Below the pieces are notes generated by a model. That model saw only the letters and a list, made by a program, of their open reading frames with translations. It had not been told where the DNA came from and did no database searches. A program made the position numbers and the translations under genes. Below, piece by piece: positions 20,935 through 34,810 of a stretch of DNA of 64,000 nucleotides (within the stretch, counting starts at the first letter, position 1; each line of letters opens with the position of its first letter). Source of the DNA: Callorhinchus milii (taxonomy: Eukaryota); the NCBI RefSeq assembly GCF_018977255.1, contig NW_024704746.1, positions 4,278,001-4,342,000 on the forward strand, written 5' to 3'.

Positions 20935-22904
20935 GGCTCCACGTGCTCCCTCTCCCGCGCTGCTCTTACCGCGTTCGGCCAGCAGGAGGCGCTGCGAGCC
21001 AGCAGACGGTGGCGCTGCGAGCCCGGGAGCAGCTCAGCTCAGCTCAGGTCCGGGGACAGGAGAAGGGACATGATCCCGGGACAACATGGCCCCTCCACCT
21101 CCAAGAAAGACTGCAAGAGATCAGATCAGGACAGCCCCGGGTCAGCGCACTGCCAGCAAAACAAACAGCACAGCTCTGCCTCCAGGCTTTCCCTCCCCGT
21201 GGTGATCATCACCAATTGCAGATTAGTTTTTTTTTAAAAATTAAAAGAAATACATATATATATATATTATATTATTGGCTCTTTTATTGCATTTGTACAA
21301 ACCCTGAACATTTACACTCAACCTGGAACCATCCATCCACTGCTCCCTGCCTATCTAAGCCGAGAGAGCTCCTCTTTATATTAATCTGGCTTTCCAGTCC
21401 TTCCCCTCCCCTCCCCTCCCATCCCCTCCCATCCCTTCCCAGTCTTAGTCATAAACTTCCCTCGATCACTTAACCATTTGCTAAAATGCAAAAGATTATT
21501 TTGAGGGCACAGCGTCCGACACAGTCAGTTCGCACCGTTATCATCACTAAACCCCAGCCCGCAATGACACCGATTTCAATGCAATCGTTTCACCCGCGGA
21601 CCACACAGTCACTACACTTTGCAGTGTAGTCCGTGGAGCGCTTCGAGACGTGACATCAAACTGCAAGGATTATTATGAACTACCAACAACCGCAAAACCG
21701 AGATGGATTGAGCCCAGCCCCCAGTCACCTTGTATTATATTATTATTATTAATTATTAATTATTATTATTATTATTATATTACCTTGTGGAGAATCAGGA
21801 GGCAATGAGCAACGATTCCACACTGAGCTCAAGACACACACACACACACACACACACACATTGGGCGACTTCAACGCAACAAAGTGAGACGGTTCTTAGT
21901 TATCAGAGTAAAGTACAACACAGGAAAAGGTGTAACATTTCTCACTGCAACTGGACCGTTTGATCCACACACACACACACCACACACACACAGAGCGAGT
22001 AACGGACTTTGCTTGTTTTTTTCCCCCCACCCCACACCCCCAAAAAAAAAACGAAAAAAAAAAACGCAAACTTATTAAACACATAAAAATGCAATAGGAA
22101 TTAACCATTTCCCAGTAATCAAAGCAACGTTTCACATCAGAGAGGGATTCGTTAAAATTCCTCACGTCCTCGACAAGTAAATCAGTCACTGTTTGCAATA
22201 ATAATGCAGTTTCACATTGCAAGGGTTTTTTTTTAATAAAAAAAATGCAACGATAACTTTGCAAAGACGAGGTTTTAGATACAGTGGTAAAACATTTGCA
22301 ACGTGTGTGCAGAGTCGGTACCTACCCCTCGGCAGCTCTGCTGTCACCCACTCTCTCTCTCCCCCAAGTAAGTTGGTCTGAAACGCATTGAAGGATCGAT
22401 AGGGCTCTTTTTTTTTTTAACCCTCGTTTCCTCTCTGACTAAGACACTCAGCGCCTATTGCACAAACCCCCTATTGAGAATGGTTTCCTTCCCAAGTGCA
22501 TTGTTCACAGCCACTGGAAACACAACGTCCTCAGTCAAGTAAGTGCCCTCTGTGTGTGTAGGGAGTGGAGGAGGGATCATCTCTCAGGGTTTAAACTTGT
22601 GTTCCCAAACTTTTACTGCACACACTGCGCAATGTTCTTGCTCACCAGGACCTGAAACCACCCCCTCCCTCACTCATTCCCTCCCTCCACTGCCCCCCCC
22701 CCCCTCCCACACCCCCCCCCACCCACACACAGTTCAGGCATTAATGTGGGACAAACCCACACAAGGCATAAACTGTTCCATTGATAAAAACTGCAGACCC
22801 CGGTTATACCCTCAGTGGAAACCCACAAAACGAGTGAGACGAGTTGCTGTGTTTGCCTCCACAACAAAATTTGTTATTCTTAATCAACGAACTATCCTCC
22901 TGGG

Positions 22905-23960
22905 AGCGCGGGGGGGAGATAAGGGAGGGGGGTCTCCTTGGCGCTGAACTGGCCCCAAGGCGATGGAATGTCTGAATCGAGCCAGACCCCTGCGACCGTC
23001 TCTAGTCCCGTTCCTGACCCAGGCAGGTCTGCAGGATTCCAGGGCACTGCAGATGACAGCGCAGTCCAGCCTGGCTTATCGGCAGGACCTGGAAGGGTAG
23101 ACCAGTCACTGGGGTCTGGGAGTCATCCCATTCAGCTCCTGTTAACTCTGCAAGCCAAAGCCTTAACAGGTAGGGTGCTCCAATGGCATTACCTGAAAAG
23201 AGAAGAGAGTTTCTCTCCTGGTGTCCCGCCCAACAATCTCCCAGATAAAAATGATCATTCACTTCACAGCTATTTATTTATGGGACGTTGCTGTGCGCAA
23301 ATTGACTGCCGCAATCGACTACAAAATATACTTTACAGTAGTTCCTGTGTCTCAGCGATATGATAAGGTGCTGCATCAAATGCCACACCCAAGATAAATT
23401 TACAAAGTGTGACTACTGAATGTAAATATATAGAATACAAGATGTGAAATATCGGCACAAAGCACTAGTTTCATGTGCAGCTCCCTCGTCCGAAACTGAA
23501 TCCGTTTGTTATCTGTGAATTGAAACTCAAAATGCTGAAACTGAGTACACATCATTTTCTCATCTCCCCTCATTAGGTGTGAAACATACATACGTTGCAC
23601 CTACTACCCTACAACACATCGGCAACTGGTGCTCAACATCCTGGTGAACAGCACCCCCACCCTGGCATCTGCCACCCACTGCTCTATCCACCCAACGGGG
23701 GCGTGATGGGAGAGGAGGGTGGTCTCCTTTGAGCTGAACTGGCTCCAAGTTGATGTGCTTGGCAACGGAATGTCAGAATCGAGCCAGTCCTCTGTGACGG
23801 TCTCTAATCCGATTCCTGAGACAGGGCGCTGCTGATGACAGCACAGCCCAGCCTAGCTCATTGGCAGGACTTGGAATGGCAGACTAGTGGCAATCCTCCC
23901 ACTTAGCTCCTGTTAACCCTACAAGCCAACGCCCTGGTGGTAGGGTGGTCCCTAGGTTGG
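22905..23960 (+). mobile_element. Two diverged copies (22905-23190, 23690-23960) of the upstream part of the unclassified repeat family
   Basis: Both share GGTCTCCTT.G.GCTGAACTGGC.CCAAG...GAATCGAGCCAG...GGCAGGAC.TGGAA...CAAGCCAA.GCC...TAGGGTG.TCC, which continues into the 47070-47505 copy. Confidence 0.65.
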
Positions 23961-26900
23961 CCTTGCCTGACCTTGCATCCTGAGTCAGAAGCTGGAGATG
24001 AAACTGGAGCCCGAGCGAACTGAATGTGAATGAACTGGATCTGGAATCAAAACACAGTGGAGTGTTGGAGCAGAAACAGCATGTGTTCTGGGGTTTCGAA
24101 TGGTTTATTTTGGGTTTTAGCAGTGGGTTACCAATTTGCTGGAATGGTGGCAGTGGAGTGTCGGAATCAAGTCACTCCTTTGGACTGTGATTCCAAGTCC
24201 TGTCATGGAGCCAAGTGACTTTTCTGAAACCTTCTGACTCAGAGGCGTGATTCTACCACTGAACCCAGCTGATATGGTTTTGTGATACTGTGGGCATTGA
24301 GGTTGAGGATGGTTTGCCTGGTTTCCAGTTCTTCAATGAGGCCTCGTCATAAAGAGATTTCAATACTCTGAGCATGTGCAGCACTTGGGAGCTCTCTACA
24401 CATGCTCCTCAGCCGATTGGAGACACTGAAGCTAGTTATAGCCTTATATTCTGAAGATCAGAGACTCAGCAGACTGGAAATTGAACTTTGTAGCTTCCTG
24501 CTCTATAGAGCTCAGCAACTGACTGGAAAAACCTGCCACGTCATTGGAAAGCATGAGGTGCTTTGGTTCCAGTTAGGTGTGGATCTCACGGTGAGCGAGG
24601 GTGAGGCTGCACCTATCTGCAGACTCCAGCTGATGCAGATCTGAGCAGCAGAGCAGCCGTACTTCTCTGCGAGCTGGAGGATATGTGGGTGAGACGAGGC
24701 CTGGCACTTGGCCGGAGGACAGTAGCCCGCAAACACAATGCCAGCACTCTGGCAGTAATCCTCAAGCTCCTGAGACCCCTGGAAAGGATGATATTCCACC
24801 TGCTCAGAGGATAACAGGGCAAAGAATTATTGGTTGCAGTCAAGCGTGTGTTATTAGACTCGCTGTGTTGCCACTATTACAGCGCTTTCTTGTGTGCTAA
24901 ATACAGACCTATTTCAATCAAGTTCAATAAAAGTAACTCATACGTTAGTGTAGTATCTGCACTGTTTGCACACTGTAGTGCTGTAGAGTATTAATGCTTC
25001 TTGATGGTGGTAAATGCACTGCCTCACAGACATGCTAATTCCCAATTAGTGCCTGCTCTGTGCTGAGTTACTTCTCTGAACCAGGACAGAACTTGGGGCT
25101 ACAATTGGCTGACCCCTTGTCATAGTTCCTGCTCTCTGAATGGGGTATTTCCCCCTAATATAGGATGATGAGCTATTTAATCCACCATTAGAAAAGGTCC
25201 CATGGGAATATACCTTGTAATCATACAACCAGTGGGTCGTACTCAGAGATACAATGCCACAGGTTGGTGAGTATCACCACCTTGAATAACTCTGTTGGAT
25301 GCATATCAATGTGACCCCAGCAGTCACAGGCAGACCCAAAGTTCACATCAATAATGTGTTTACTGAAGTGAAGGAAACGGTTGGAAACAGTTACAGTGGT
25401 GATTACTCATTCTGGTTTCCCTTTAGTTCTAAGGTAGCAGTTTCCTAGATGTGATTCAGCTCAGCAGTAAACACAAGTTGAGTAATGATAATGGATCTTA
25501 GAACAGGATCAATTTATCTTTAAATTGTACATGCACACATTGTAAACGCACAGCTTTAGACGCCAATATTTCTATGAGGATTTCTGAATAACACGGAGCC
25601 CCTTCAGAATCCTGGAGGTAAGTACAGTCAGAGTGGAGTTCCTGTGTGTCGGCGTGACTTACTGCTGGATCATTTTTTGACAGCTGTCCTGACTGACTAT
25701 TACTCATTTACAGCATGGCTGTTTGTAAGATGTTGCTGTGCACAAATGGGCTGCTGTGCTCACCTGCAAAACACACCGTAAGTCTTGTGAGGCTCTTTGA
25801 GACATTGCAACAATGTGATAAAGCACTATATCAAATAAATATAATCCTAGAGTTTTGCAGCACAGAATGAGGAGCAAGTATTCTGCAAGAGCGACCAGTT
25901 TAGTCCATTCTCCCCCCTTTTCCCAGAACCTTTTTCCTTTTCAACTATTTGTCTAATTGCCTTTTAACAGCTATTGTAGATTCTGCTTCAACTAAAATTT
26001 TTGGTAGCGCATTCCAATATAACCCTCTGCCATTTTTTTTGGTAATAATCTTACAATTATGAACAACCCTCATAATTTTAAACACCGCTATCGGGTCTTT
26101 TCTTAACCTTCTCTGATCTAATAAAAACAGCCCCGGTTTCTCTAGCTAGCCTCATAAATAAAGCAAAGCTCTCTCCAGTAAACATAAGCCTTAGAGAATG
26201 GTTTGTTTGCTGGGATGCATCCTGCTTGACATCTATAGAAAACTCTGTCCACCCCACAGTAGCAAAGAACAATAGCCTAGCCGGTACTCAGCTTTCAGTT
26301 GTTAACTGTGGATCTGGAAGGGCGGACAGAAGTTACAAACAGCTTTACTGTGGAAAAAATTATTATTGTCAGGAAAACAGTTCAGAAAGCAGTCGCATCC
26401 CGCACTGTAACCTTCCTGGTGTGATGACAAGCCAGACCTTAGGGTGAAACTTGCAGAATTGCGAAGCAGTTTCTTGTCAGATGCACATTTGCATTTTACT
26501 CAATCTTCTGCTGGTTGGGTTAAACTTAACTTAATGATTCAGAACTTGCCATGGATCAACAACAACCACAAACTGCATTTATACGGTCACTTTCACATCA
26601 GGCAGATGTCCCAAGGCGCTGGACAGTCAAGGGTTTGCACCCAAGCTGGATTTGGGAGGGGTGGGGCCATTTGATGGTGTCAATATGAAGCAGCTAGGAC
26701 TTGGCGCTGGCTCCTGTGTACACCATGGGTGGTGGGGGGATGGAGAGGGGAGTAGAAGAGAGATGGGGGAATGGGAGTTTACAGAATGCACACTGAAGGA
26801 TGTGGAACCCCAGTGTGATGGGAAGAGTCTCACTGGCTTCCTGACTCGTCTCCATCAGAGAACCACCTGGCAGCTTCCTGACTGTTTGTTGTGCAAGTTC

Positions 26901-27753
26901 AGCAGTCACAGTTAAATAAACTTCTCTTTATCCACAGGCCGTACTCAATACCAACATGGATTACATGTATGTTAGCTCACAGCCTGGCTGGTAACACAGA
27001 CTAATATCTCCGTAGCTGGTTATTCGAGCCAGTATTGATCCTGTGCAGCTACAGATCAGCATTATTGACTCGGTTCCACACAAACTGTTGCAGCCAGAGT
27101 TTGTTCAGCCTATTTACTTAAGACAACATCACCGAACTGCAAGGTAATCTGAGGATAACACAGCCTGAGATGCATAAATCCTTCATCAGAAAGAAACAGT
27201 TTGTTTGGTAAAATCTCCTCAGTCAGCTTCCAAACACACGGGGGACTGAGTGACACATTGCCTCTACACTTGATTCTCGAGTTAGATTCCAGCCCAGATG
27301 AGCATCATCCTCTCCCCAGCTGCAGCAGCCCTACAGGGCACAACTCCTTGCTGATTTACAGAACATGGAGCTGCACGGAATTCGCCACAAACCAGAATTA
27401 AATAGGCAGCCTCACTCAGCAAAGAGGTGAGGTTCTCAGGTGAATCACAATGGTACATGTCAGTGACTGGAGTTATAATGGCTTCTGGGTCACTTACATG
27501 GAGATGTGCTCCGCTATAAAAATGAGAAAATGAGTTAACATTTCAGGTTTATGACTTTCCGCAGAACTGATATTGATATTATCCTGAGACTGGCTGTCCT
27601 CAGCAGTAAACCTTTACGTGAGTACAATCTGATAACTAGTTCTGACCTTTAAAGCAAAGCTCTGCAAATACTTCAAACAAAATCATGTTCCTTGTTTTAC
27701 CCGGGATAGACACTTCACTGATCACACCTAAACCTTTTCCTTATCTACCTCGG

Positions 27754-28180
27754 NNNNNNNNNNNNNNNNNNNNNNNNNNNNNNNNNNNNNNNNNNNNNNN
27801 NNNNNNNNNNNNNNNNNNNNNNNNNNNNNNNNNNNNNNNNNNNNNNNNNNNNNNNNNNNNNNNNNNNNNNNNNNNNNNNNNNNNNNNNNNNNNNNNNNNN
27901 NNNNNNNNNNNNNNNNNNNNNNNNNNNNNNNNNNNNNNNNNNNNNNNNNNNNNNNNNNNNNNNNNNNNNNNNNNNNNNNNNNNNNNNNNNNNNNNNNNNN
28001 NNNNNNNNNNNNNNNNNNNNNNNNNNNNNNNNNNNNNNNNNNNNNNNNNNNNNNNNNNNNNNNNNNNNNNNNNNNNNNNNNNNNNNNNNNNNNNNNNNNN
28101 NNNNNNNNNNNNNNNNNNNNNNNNNNNNNNNNNNNNNNNNNNNNNNNNNNNNNNNNNNNNNNNNNNNNNNNNNNNNNNNN
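27754..28180. other. Assembly gap
   Basis: N run. Confidence 1.
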
Positions 28181-29934
28181 AATTCTCAACCAAATGCCGA
28201 AATGACTTGTATCTTCTCTGTATAATATTCCCAGCCCGCTGTAATCTCGCCAGCTGTCCCTCACTTCAGAGAGGATTGAAAGAACAGTAGAGAATGAGGA
28301 AGAGGTCAGTATAGATTATGAAGATTACATAACATACAGCAATAATCCTTTGATTTTGCCATGCGCAAACTAGCTGCTGCGTTGCTACAAAATACACAGT
28401 CACTACACTTTACAGTAAATCCTGTGAAGTGTTTTGAGACATTCTCACAAAGTGAAAGGCACTGTACCAAATGCAAGGATGATGATTATTCTTTTATTTC
28501 CTACAGTGTCAGTAGGATATCTCAAAGTGCTGTAACTATTTTGTAGGCAGTGTGGCAGCCGTTTTGAGCACAGAATAATTCCTTTGTGGTGTGGCCGTGT
28601 TGGGATGCATGTTCATAAAGGTTTAATGGTGGAGCTGTGAGGATGGGCTGTTAGCCTGGAATTCTGTATGATGAATAGATAGCGAGAGCCCTGGCGGTGT
28701 GATGTGCACATGGTGTGTGTGGAAGCAGTGATGCACCCAATTGATGTGTGAGATGACATTCCTGTCCTCCTTCAGCTTCTCCAGGTGAGAGGCAAGGAAA
28801 TTGCTGACTCCAATGGAATGGCACACTCCTGGGGAAAGAAGTATGATTAAACAATGAACATTTTGGAAAAAATGTTGCCAGAGAGAGAGAGAGTCACACA
28901 GCAGAGGATATCCTGAGTATCCGGAGAGGAGAAGCTGCAACTCCATTAGCGAGTCCCAATTAGATCACATCTTAAATGCCTGTCTCATCCAAAACACATT
29001 AGGAAACAGCTTCTAATACAAATATAGTGCAGCTCCCTGGTGAATAGAGACTCATGTGAATTTCTGGGAAAATCTAATGAGGTAGAAGCAAAAAAACAAT
29101 CAAACATGCGTCAGCATCAAGAGGAGGAAATAGTGTTTTGCGGGACTTGCCAAAGAGCGGGAAAGGTTAAGAGGCTTGGAGAGCAGTTACTAATATAATA
29201 ACTCTTCCCTTTGATATAGCTCCTTATCACGTCTTCGAGACTTCTCAAAGTGCTTCACAGAATATACTGTAAAGTGAATTAACTGTGTATTTTGTGAGTG
29301 AAAAGTGTACTATAAAGTGTAGTGACTGTACATTTACCGGCAAATCAACAGCCAATTTGCGCATAGCAATTTCCCGCAAACATTAAGTGAATAAACAATT
29401 TTATCCGGAGGAGTTTTGGCCGGGACACAAAGAGAAACTGTCTCCTCTTATCCAATAGTGCCATGGGATCTTTGATAATACAGAACTCCCTCAACACTGC
29501 ACTTTCATTCAAAGTTCCAACATGGGGCTTAAACCTACAACTTTCTGACTTAAAGAAAAGCGAGCAAAGCTTACACTGGCCAGCACTGAGTTCCAGTAAC
29601 TATAAACCCACAACTGTGCGATCACATATTGTGGTAGGTGCCAAAGAAGGTGGTAAAGGCAGAGTGCGCTGTGAGTTTCGAGAGGGAAGTAGACAAGTGT
29701 ACGATAGTTGGAGGTTTGAGGAGGTCTGGGAATAGGGCAGGACAGTGAGAGTGAAAGGAAAGCTTGCTCTGAGAGCTCAATGGGCTAAATGACCTCCTTC
29801 TGAACTGTAAATATCTATGATTCTATCTCAGCATCCACGATCCAATCTAAACACAGCCAAAGATGCACATTTTTATGTAGGAATAAAGCCTAGCAGTGAA
29901 TTGCAGAGACTGGCAGAACAGGGAATTACAGGGT

Positions 29935-30160
29935 CAACAACAACAACAAAATTACATTTGTATAGCGCCTTTCACGTCAGGAGGACGTCCCAAGGCGCTG
30001 GACAGTCAGTGTTTCGGACCAGAGCTGGGGGTTGCGATCGGGGATGGTGAAGGGCAGGCAAGGTAGGAGGGTGACCAAAGAGGAGGATCTTGAGATGGGT
30101 CTTGAAGGAGGCAAGGGACAGGCAGAGCAGCGAGTTACAGCGACAGGCAGAGCACATTTA
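29935..30160 (-). mobile_element. L2-type LINE 3' end with (TTG)n tail
   Basis: ORF2 end SLASFKTHLKILLF followed by the 3' tail CCAGCGCCTTGGGACGTCCTCCTGACGTGAAAGGCGCTATACAAATG. Shorter copies lie near 26560, 32025, 51585, 58155 and 59020. Confidence 0.75.
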
Positions 30161-33084
30161 AACGTAATTCATCTTCAAGTGACAGGCGGCTCTTCTGTAA
30201 CTTTCCAGCCACAACAGTTGAGGTCACAGGGATTGTTCAGTGCAGCTCTGAGAGCACTAACTCCCCAAGGAGAGCAGCATTTCCGTAACATGGTGATCAG
30301 GAAATAACCAGCCAGGCTGCCATTTACATCAAGGGGTTTGAATGACATCAGAAGTATAAATGAACAGTTCAAGTGATTAAAGCTGAAAATGTTAGATATC
30401 CACAGCAGATCCATCAGAATCTGAACACTGTGATTTTTCGGTCTCTGCCTGTTTAACTGAGCAATCTTTTGCCCCGAAAATGCACAGTGTATTCTGTGAA
30501 GCTTTTTGAGACGTCTCGAAGACGCGATAAGGAGCTACATCAAATGCAAAGATTATTATTATACTATTATCTTTCTCTGTCTCTTTCTGGATTTTCACTC
30601 TCTGTGTACCCTTTCTCTTTCCCTCTCTCTACGACATCTCCCTCTGTGCGCTCACTCTTTCTTGCACTCTCTGCACTCTGCCTCTCTCTTTCAGATGCTT
30701 TCAAAAACAATACTCACTGTGGAAAGCTACAGACAGAGAGCTGCTCACACACAACCCTGTCCCAATGTTACTAATTAACCTGCTTTAAACAGACAGCTCT
30801 GCACTCAGACTTTACACGCTCATTTAACTACCTGAGTAACAGCAATTGTTTCATATGCAAGTGAAAATCTCAGTAGCTACGAAGAGCACAGCTAAGATAC
30901 ATTCAAGAGGGAGCTAAACCTTCACATGAAGGAGAGGGGAATAGAAGGATGCGGGATGGAGTGAGGAATGGGTGGAGACTGAAGTGGAGTACAAACACCA
31001 GCAAGGACTAGTTGGGCCGAATGTCCTGTTTCCGTGCTGTACGTCTGTGTGAGTTTATCAGGAAAGTGAAAATTATACTTTCAACTTTGGTTAAATTTTT
31101 TAAGAACTGCCTGATGACACACTCACACAACTCTTTACAGTGCTGTCTTCAATCACACCTTTTGCACTGCTATCTCTAGTTACACATACGGTTATTAACC
31201 CTTTGCCTTGTCATCTCTCGTCATACCCAACAACAACAACTTACACTTTATATGTGCAGGGTAGCGTCTCAGCGCGCTTAAACGTGTCAGAGCCTGACTC
31301 CGAGCTGGATGGGGAGGGGTAAGCACGGTGAAAGAGTCCCCATCGTCATTAACCCTTTGCATTGCTGTTTCTGTTCACATAGAAAGCCATTTACTTCTGT
31401 CACAATGTTGCTTTTCTCTGTTAACCACTCAGAATTATTTTAAATTTTCAATAGTTATTGTCCTGAATCGATGTGACTCACATAAACTTACCAACGGTGA
31501 AATCTTATTGTTTNAAAAAAGAGGAAGAGATTGGACCAGAAACTGAGCTAAAGCTGGGCTCCCATGAGGCTCACATCCATGAGAACATGAGAAGTGAAGA
31601 ACAAGCTCACACCAGTTAGCACATAATTACTTAACAAACCTCCAAATGCTGCCTCAGTATTTAAACCCTAAACCTCCATGTAATTCTTATTATGAGATGC
31701 GTGGAATTCTCAGTTTGGTTTGGATACTCTGAAGCGCGGTGATGGATTTCGGTACGTGTCAGACACTCGGCTGATAACGGTGATGGGTTTCCGTGCGTGT
31801 CAGACACCCGGCTGACAAAAAAAAAATAGAAGTGCTCTCATCTGAGCAAAGATTAGAGTCTTGTGGGAATTACCGTATCAAATTATATGCAACAATTATC
31901 ATAATTTTGTAACATAGGTTATTTCTGCTAAATCTTTTGAGCCTTTGATGTATTTTTCTTTGCGGTGTTTCTTGGGAGGGCTTTGGCGAGATCTGTCTCA
32001 GCAGTGTTTACCTGACGGGCCAGTCTACAACAACAACAACAACAAGATTCCATTTATAGAGCGCCTTTAGCGTCGGGAGGACGTCTAGCATCACGTTGGC
32101 CAACCTGTGCTCTCCAGAAATAATCTTATTCTTGGATCCCAACACCTCAAAACCTTGTGGTGCAGCTTCAGCAATTAAACCTGTGGATGTGATTCATTTT
32201 CACCACATTATGATGTAAATCAATACGATCTGAGTCAATAGAATACTGATGACTCGGGTGCCCTTTGTTTCCCAGGTTCATTCCTACTCATTATTACTTC
32301 TCTCTGTTCTGTTTATTTAAGTAAATGACAAATTGCTGGACATTATTGCCATTGTGGGGCTGAGACAGGGTTTAGTCTTCATCCTGACCACTGAGCAATG
32401 CATTCTCTTAACACTCACTTTCAGAATCACTCCAGCACTTTCAGACATAAAATTATAGATATTAACACAAAAGCACATGCGGCCTGTGGGTACTGATGCC
32501 AGCTCTCCCACTACAGGGGTCTAATCTAATCTCAATTCCTTGTTATTTCCGTTTTCCATTTGCTCTTAAATAGTTATCCAAATCCCTTTTAAATGTGGTG
32601 ATGCTCTAAGCATCACTCATGCTGCCTGACCTTTGCAGGGCTCAGGACCTCTACAGCTGGAGTGAAGCATTCTCCTGGTTTGTCAAAGGGTTGACCATGT
32701 TGCCAGTGTTGGTGGTCAGAAATATCGGTGTTGCAGATTTGTCAAACACACACTGTGGTAAACCGACTCATCAACAACGAGAAAATGTGGAAATAAAAAC
32801 ATCGGCCCATCTCACAGTTGTTTCTTAGACTGTACAGATTGAACGCTGTGATTGTCGCTTAATCATATCCTATTTTAAATACAAGTTTATTGTTTATATC
32901 CAGATCATCATCTCTTTTTAATTGAGTCATTCATTTAACGTATTCTAGGGGATGTTAAGTGACCCCTCCCTCCCACCCACCCTTCCTGCTATTATTTCAA
33001 AGAACTTGGATTTTTGTCCTGGTGATCCTGACTTTTGTTCTCGTCTCACCCCTAAATACTAAAGGTTTGACTTCTCTTTTCAGA

Positions 33085-33420
33085 ATAATAATACATCCTT
33101 GCGTTTGATATCGTGTCTTATCACATCATTGAGACCTCTCAAAGTGGCTTCACAGAATATACTGCAAAGTGATTGACTGTATATTTTGTGGAACGAAACG
33201 CGGCAGCCAATTCCACACAGTAGTGTCTCACAAAGCCGTGAATTATTTCTAGTATAAGTATATATATGTATAAATTTTTTTTTGAATGGATTATTATCCC
33301 CGGAAAGCGATTTGCCAATCGACTAACAATCGTGTTTCTATGTACTGCTAGGTAAACAGAGGCGGGTGGAATAAAGAAACTTGCCTGAGGCGAGTGCTTT
33401 AACCAGTGCGCTGCAGGACT
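33085..33420 (-). mobile_element. tRNA-derived SINE, diverged
   Basis: Family tail and body in reverse orientation. Confidence 0.8.
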
Positions 33421-34099
33421 TGATAAAAGGACGTTCCTGGCACAAATTAGCTGTCACATTTGTTTATTTGAAAGGTGATGTATAAATGTAACTTATTGAC
33501 ATTATGACCAATTTAATGAATCTTACTTTGAGACATACATCCTGCTTCGTTCACATCATCAAATGTCTCTGGTTCTCCAGCTATGAGTGACTCAGTACTC
33601 AGGTTTATATCTAACATTACCCAATAAAACATAAAGAGTTTCCTGGTCAGTTATGTGTAAACTTCACACAAAAAAAGCAGAGCTGTGGTGTGGTTTCAAT
33701 CCACTGTAGGTTGTAAAAATCACTGCTCAGAGACATAAAACATATGCCCTGAATTTACAGTTCTATCCAGTATTTCTAATCCTTCCCTTTCTAATTCTAT
33801 TCATGGGACATCCGTGCCATTAACTCGAGTAAAAATACCGCTTGGAGTCTCGGTGTCTCAGTATTGTAAAGCACTTTGAGACATTATCCAACATGTGTGA
33901 TACCATATAAGTGTAAATTGTATCGTATTGTCTTGGTGCTAACATCAGCAACTTGCATTTATATAGCGCTCTTCACACTGGACGGCGTCTTCTAGCGTTT
34001 CTAAGGTTAAAGTTCACAGTTTGGAGTTAGGCTTAGAGTTTCTTAACACAAGTGTGTACGAGATAGACATGTATGCGGCAGAAACAATTTCACACCCAA

Positions 34100-34810
34100 T
34101 AAATCATCAAGGCATCCTGCGAGATGGTAGTAACATGGAACTGCATTGACACTAGCTCAGGCAACATTACCATGTTTCCATTCTCTTTGATCAACTTTCT
34201 CATGAATAGCAGTGGAATGAGGCTACTGCAGCTGGGAACAGCCACGCTGAAGAAAGGAGAGCTGAGGGTAGAACCGGATGTCAAGGTTGAGCACTGGTTC
34301 AGTGAGTTGGAGAGGTCAGGAAGTCAGAGGCAGAAGCACCAAGGCATTGGCGGGAGGATGGCTTCAATCGTATCCATGTTTATCTAGAGAAAGTTTAGAC
34401 TCTTTCAGGACTTGGTTGTCTGACAGGGAGGTAGTCAGGACCGTGGACTTAGAATCAAGGGTAGGAGTAGAAAAGTAGAACTGGGTGTCATCAAGTGGAA
34501 ACAAACTCCATGTTTGCGGATGATGTCACCAAGGAAGCACGTAGATGAGGAAAGGAGGGAACCGAGGATAGAGATCTGATGTACATGGCAGGTGTCCGTA
34601 CGAGAGTGAGAGGAGAAGTCGTTGGAGGCCACAAAGTGAAGTTCAAGTACGAGAAAAACCAGCAGTTCCACGGATATGTATGAGAGACGAGAGGCGATTC
34701 AAGGAGAGTAGAGTGGTCAATAGCGTCAAAGGTAGTAGGTAGGTTGAGGAAGATGAAGAGACACCGGGATAGAGGACGGAGAGAGTTTGAGGAGGACGGA
34801 GGCTGAAAAA
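34100..34810 (-). mobile_element. Decayed L2-type LINE RT fragment
   Basis: Minus-strand QISILGSLL...LGDIIRKHGVCFH and ISRMP*-type L2 RT motifs. Confidence 0.65.
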
